Assembly (NCBI GenBank): GCA_041477065.1
Contig: JBGOUQ010000002.1
Location: 82,033 to 146,032 of the forward strand
DNA length: 64,000 nt
Direction of reading: 5' to 3'
From: Gemmatimonadota bacterium
GTDB taxonomy: Bacteria > Gemmatimonadota > Gemmatimonadetes > Gemmatimonadales > GWC2-71-9
In this document: positions 63,445 through 64,000 of the stretch, piece after piece
How positions within the stretch are numbered: position 1 is the first letter of the stretch
How the letters are laid out: each line of letters opens with the position of its first letter
The notes under the pieces: model-generated
What the model saw: only the letters and a program-made list of their open reading frames with translations
Told to the model about the DNA's origin: nothing
The model's database searches: none
Position numbers and translations under genes: made by a program

Positions 63445-63966
63445 ATGGACGACAGCGAGAAGATCAAGGCCGCGCTCGAGCGCAACGTGCAGGCCGTGTC
63501 CCTGCGGCCGTCCGTCGGCCAGGGGACCGCGGTGACGAAGGTCCGGCTGCGGCCCGGGCTCGCGTGCGAAGTGGAAGAAGGCCCCTGGCGGCTGACCGTG
63601 GGCATGACGGAGAAGTACGGCGGCTCGAACGCTGGGCCCAACCCCGGCATCTACGGCCGCGCCGCACTCGGCTCCTGTCTCGCGGTCGGCTACGCGATGT
63701 GGGCCGCCCGGCTGGGCGTGCCGCTCGACGCTCTCGAGGTCGAGGTCCAGGCCGATTACGATCTCCGCGGCGAGCTCGGTGTCTCGGCGGACGTCCACCC
63801 CGGCTACTCCGAGATGCGCTACGTGGTGCGGGTCGAGAGCCAGGCGCCCGAATCGGACGTGCTCCGCGTACTCGACACGGCGGACCAGCACAGCTCCTAC
63901 CGGGACGATTTCTCCCGCGCGATCCCGCTGCGCCGTCAGGTGAAGCTCACCACGCCCACGCGGTAG
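63445..63966 (+). CDS. OsmC/Ohr-family peroxiredoxin-like protein
   Basis: Met 63445 inside ORF 63190..63966. Contains GGSNAGPNPGIYGRAALGSCLAVGY, with the conserved Cys context of the OsmC family. Confidence 0.8.
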   Translation: MDDSEKIKAALERNVQAVSLRPSVGQGTAVTKVRLRPGLACEVEEGPWRLTVGMTEKYGGSNAGPNPGIYGRAALGSCLAVGYAMWAARLGVPLDALEVEVQADYDLRGELGVSADVHPGYSEMRYVVRVESQAPESDVLRVLDTADQHSSYRDDFSRAIPLRRQVKLTTPTR

Positions 63967-64000
63967 CGATGGACCCCCGGGTGCAGCGCCGGGTGCAGCG

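Noticed and set aside
63969-64000. ATG at 63969 opening a frame (MDPRVQRRVQ...) that runs off the window.
   Set aside because: Only about 10 codons are visible, which is too little to call a gene or a function.

Overview
The window is very GC-rich (judged by eye, not computed) and densely coding. It looks like a chromosomal segment from a bacterium with a Gram-negative-type envelope: lipoboxes, beta-barrel-like C-termini and MacAB-type exporters are present. I could not determine the taxon. I support about 50 protein genes. I found no rRNA, tRNA, CRISPR array, transposase or integrase. Many neighbouring genes overlap by 4 nt (ATGA or GTGA), which implies long translationally coupled operons.

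Gene order from start to end:
1. NtrC-type response regulator, histidine kinase and a family-5 solute-binding protein (1-3.65 kb, minus strand).
2. A urate-to-ureidoglycolate operon with allantoinase, allantoicase, OHCU decarboxylase, HIU hydrolase and membrane urate hydroxylase PuuD (3.65-8.05 kb).
3. A small DUF1640-like gene broken by an in-frame TAG.
4. A six-gene minus-strand operon: M20 amidohydrolase, M14 carboxypeptidase, a three-subunit xanthine-dehydrogenase-family molybdoenzyme and a CitE/HpcH-like protein of unknown function (8.45-17.56 kb).
5. Assorted genes: GH3 beta-glucosidase, mono-haem cytochrome c, membrane proteins, quinone oxidoreductase, aldo-keto reductase, DinB, PQQ dehydrogenase and prolyl oligopeptidase.
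6. An arsR-arsM-arsC-acr3 operon with an AT-rich palindromic operator region.
7. A Ser/Thr kinase convergent with a four-gene operon that encodes only exported proteins (34.4-45.0 kb): two large paralogy-linked unknowns, a beta-barrel-like protein and a lipoprotein with 12 Big_2 domains.
8. A LysR regulator, a secreted HExxH protein and DPP-IV.
9. A small ORF followed by a MacA/MacB-like exporter.
10. A cluster encoding a membrane-anchored FeS-flavoprotein, a 5-TM protein with two H-x13-H pairs, a 20-haem and a 16-haem cytochrome c, and a beta-barrel protein ending in Phe (54.6-61.7 kb).
11. infA, a fatty-acid desaturase and OsmC.

The two best candidates for an undescribed system are the cytochrome/beta-barrel cluster, which may be a trans-envelope electron conduit, and the four-gene exported-protein operon. 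All functional calls rest on motif recognition in the translated ORFs; no database search was possible.
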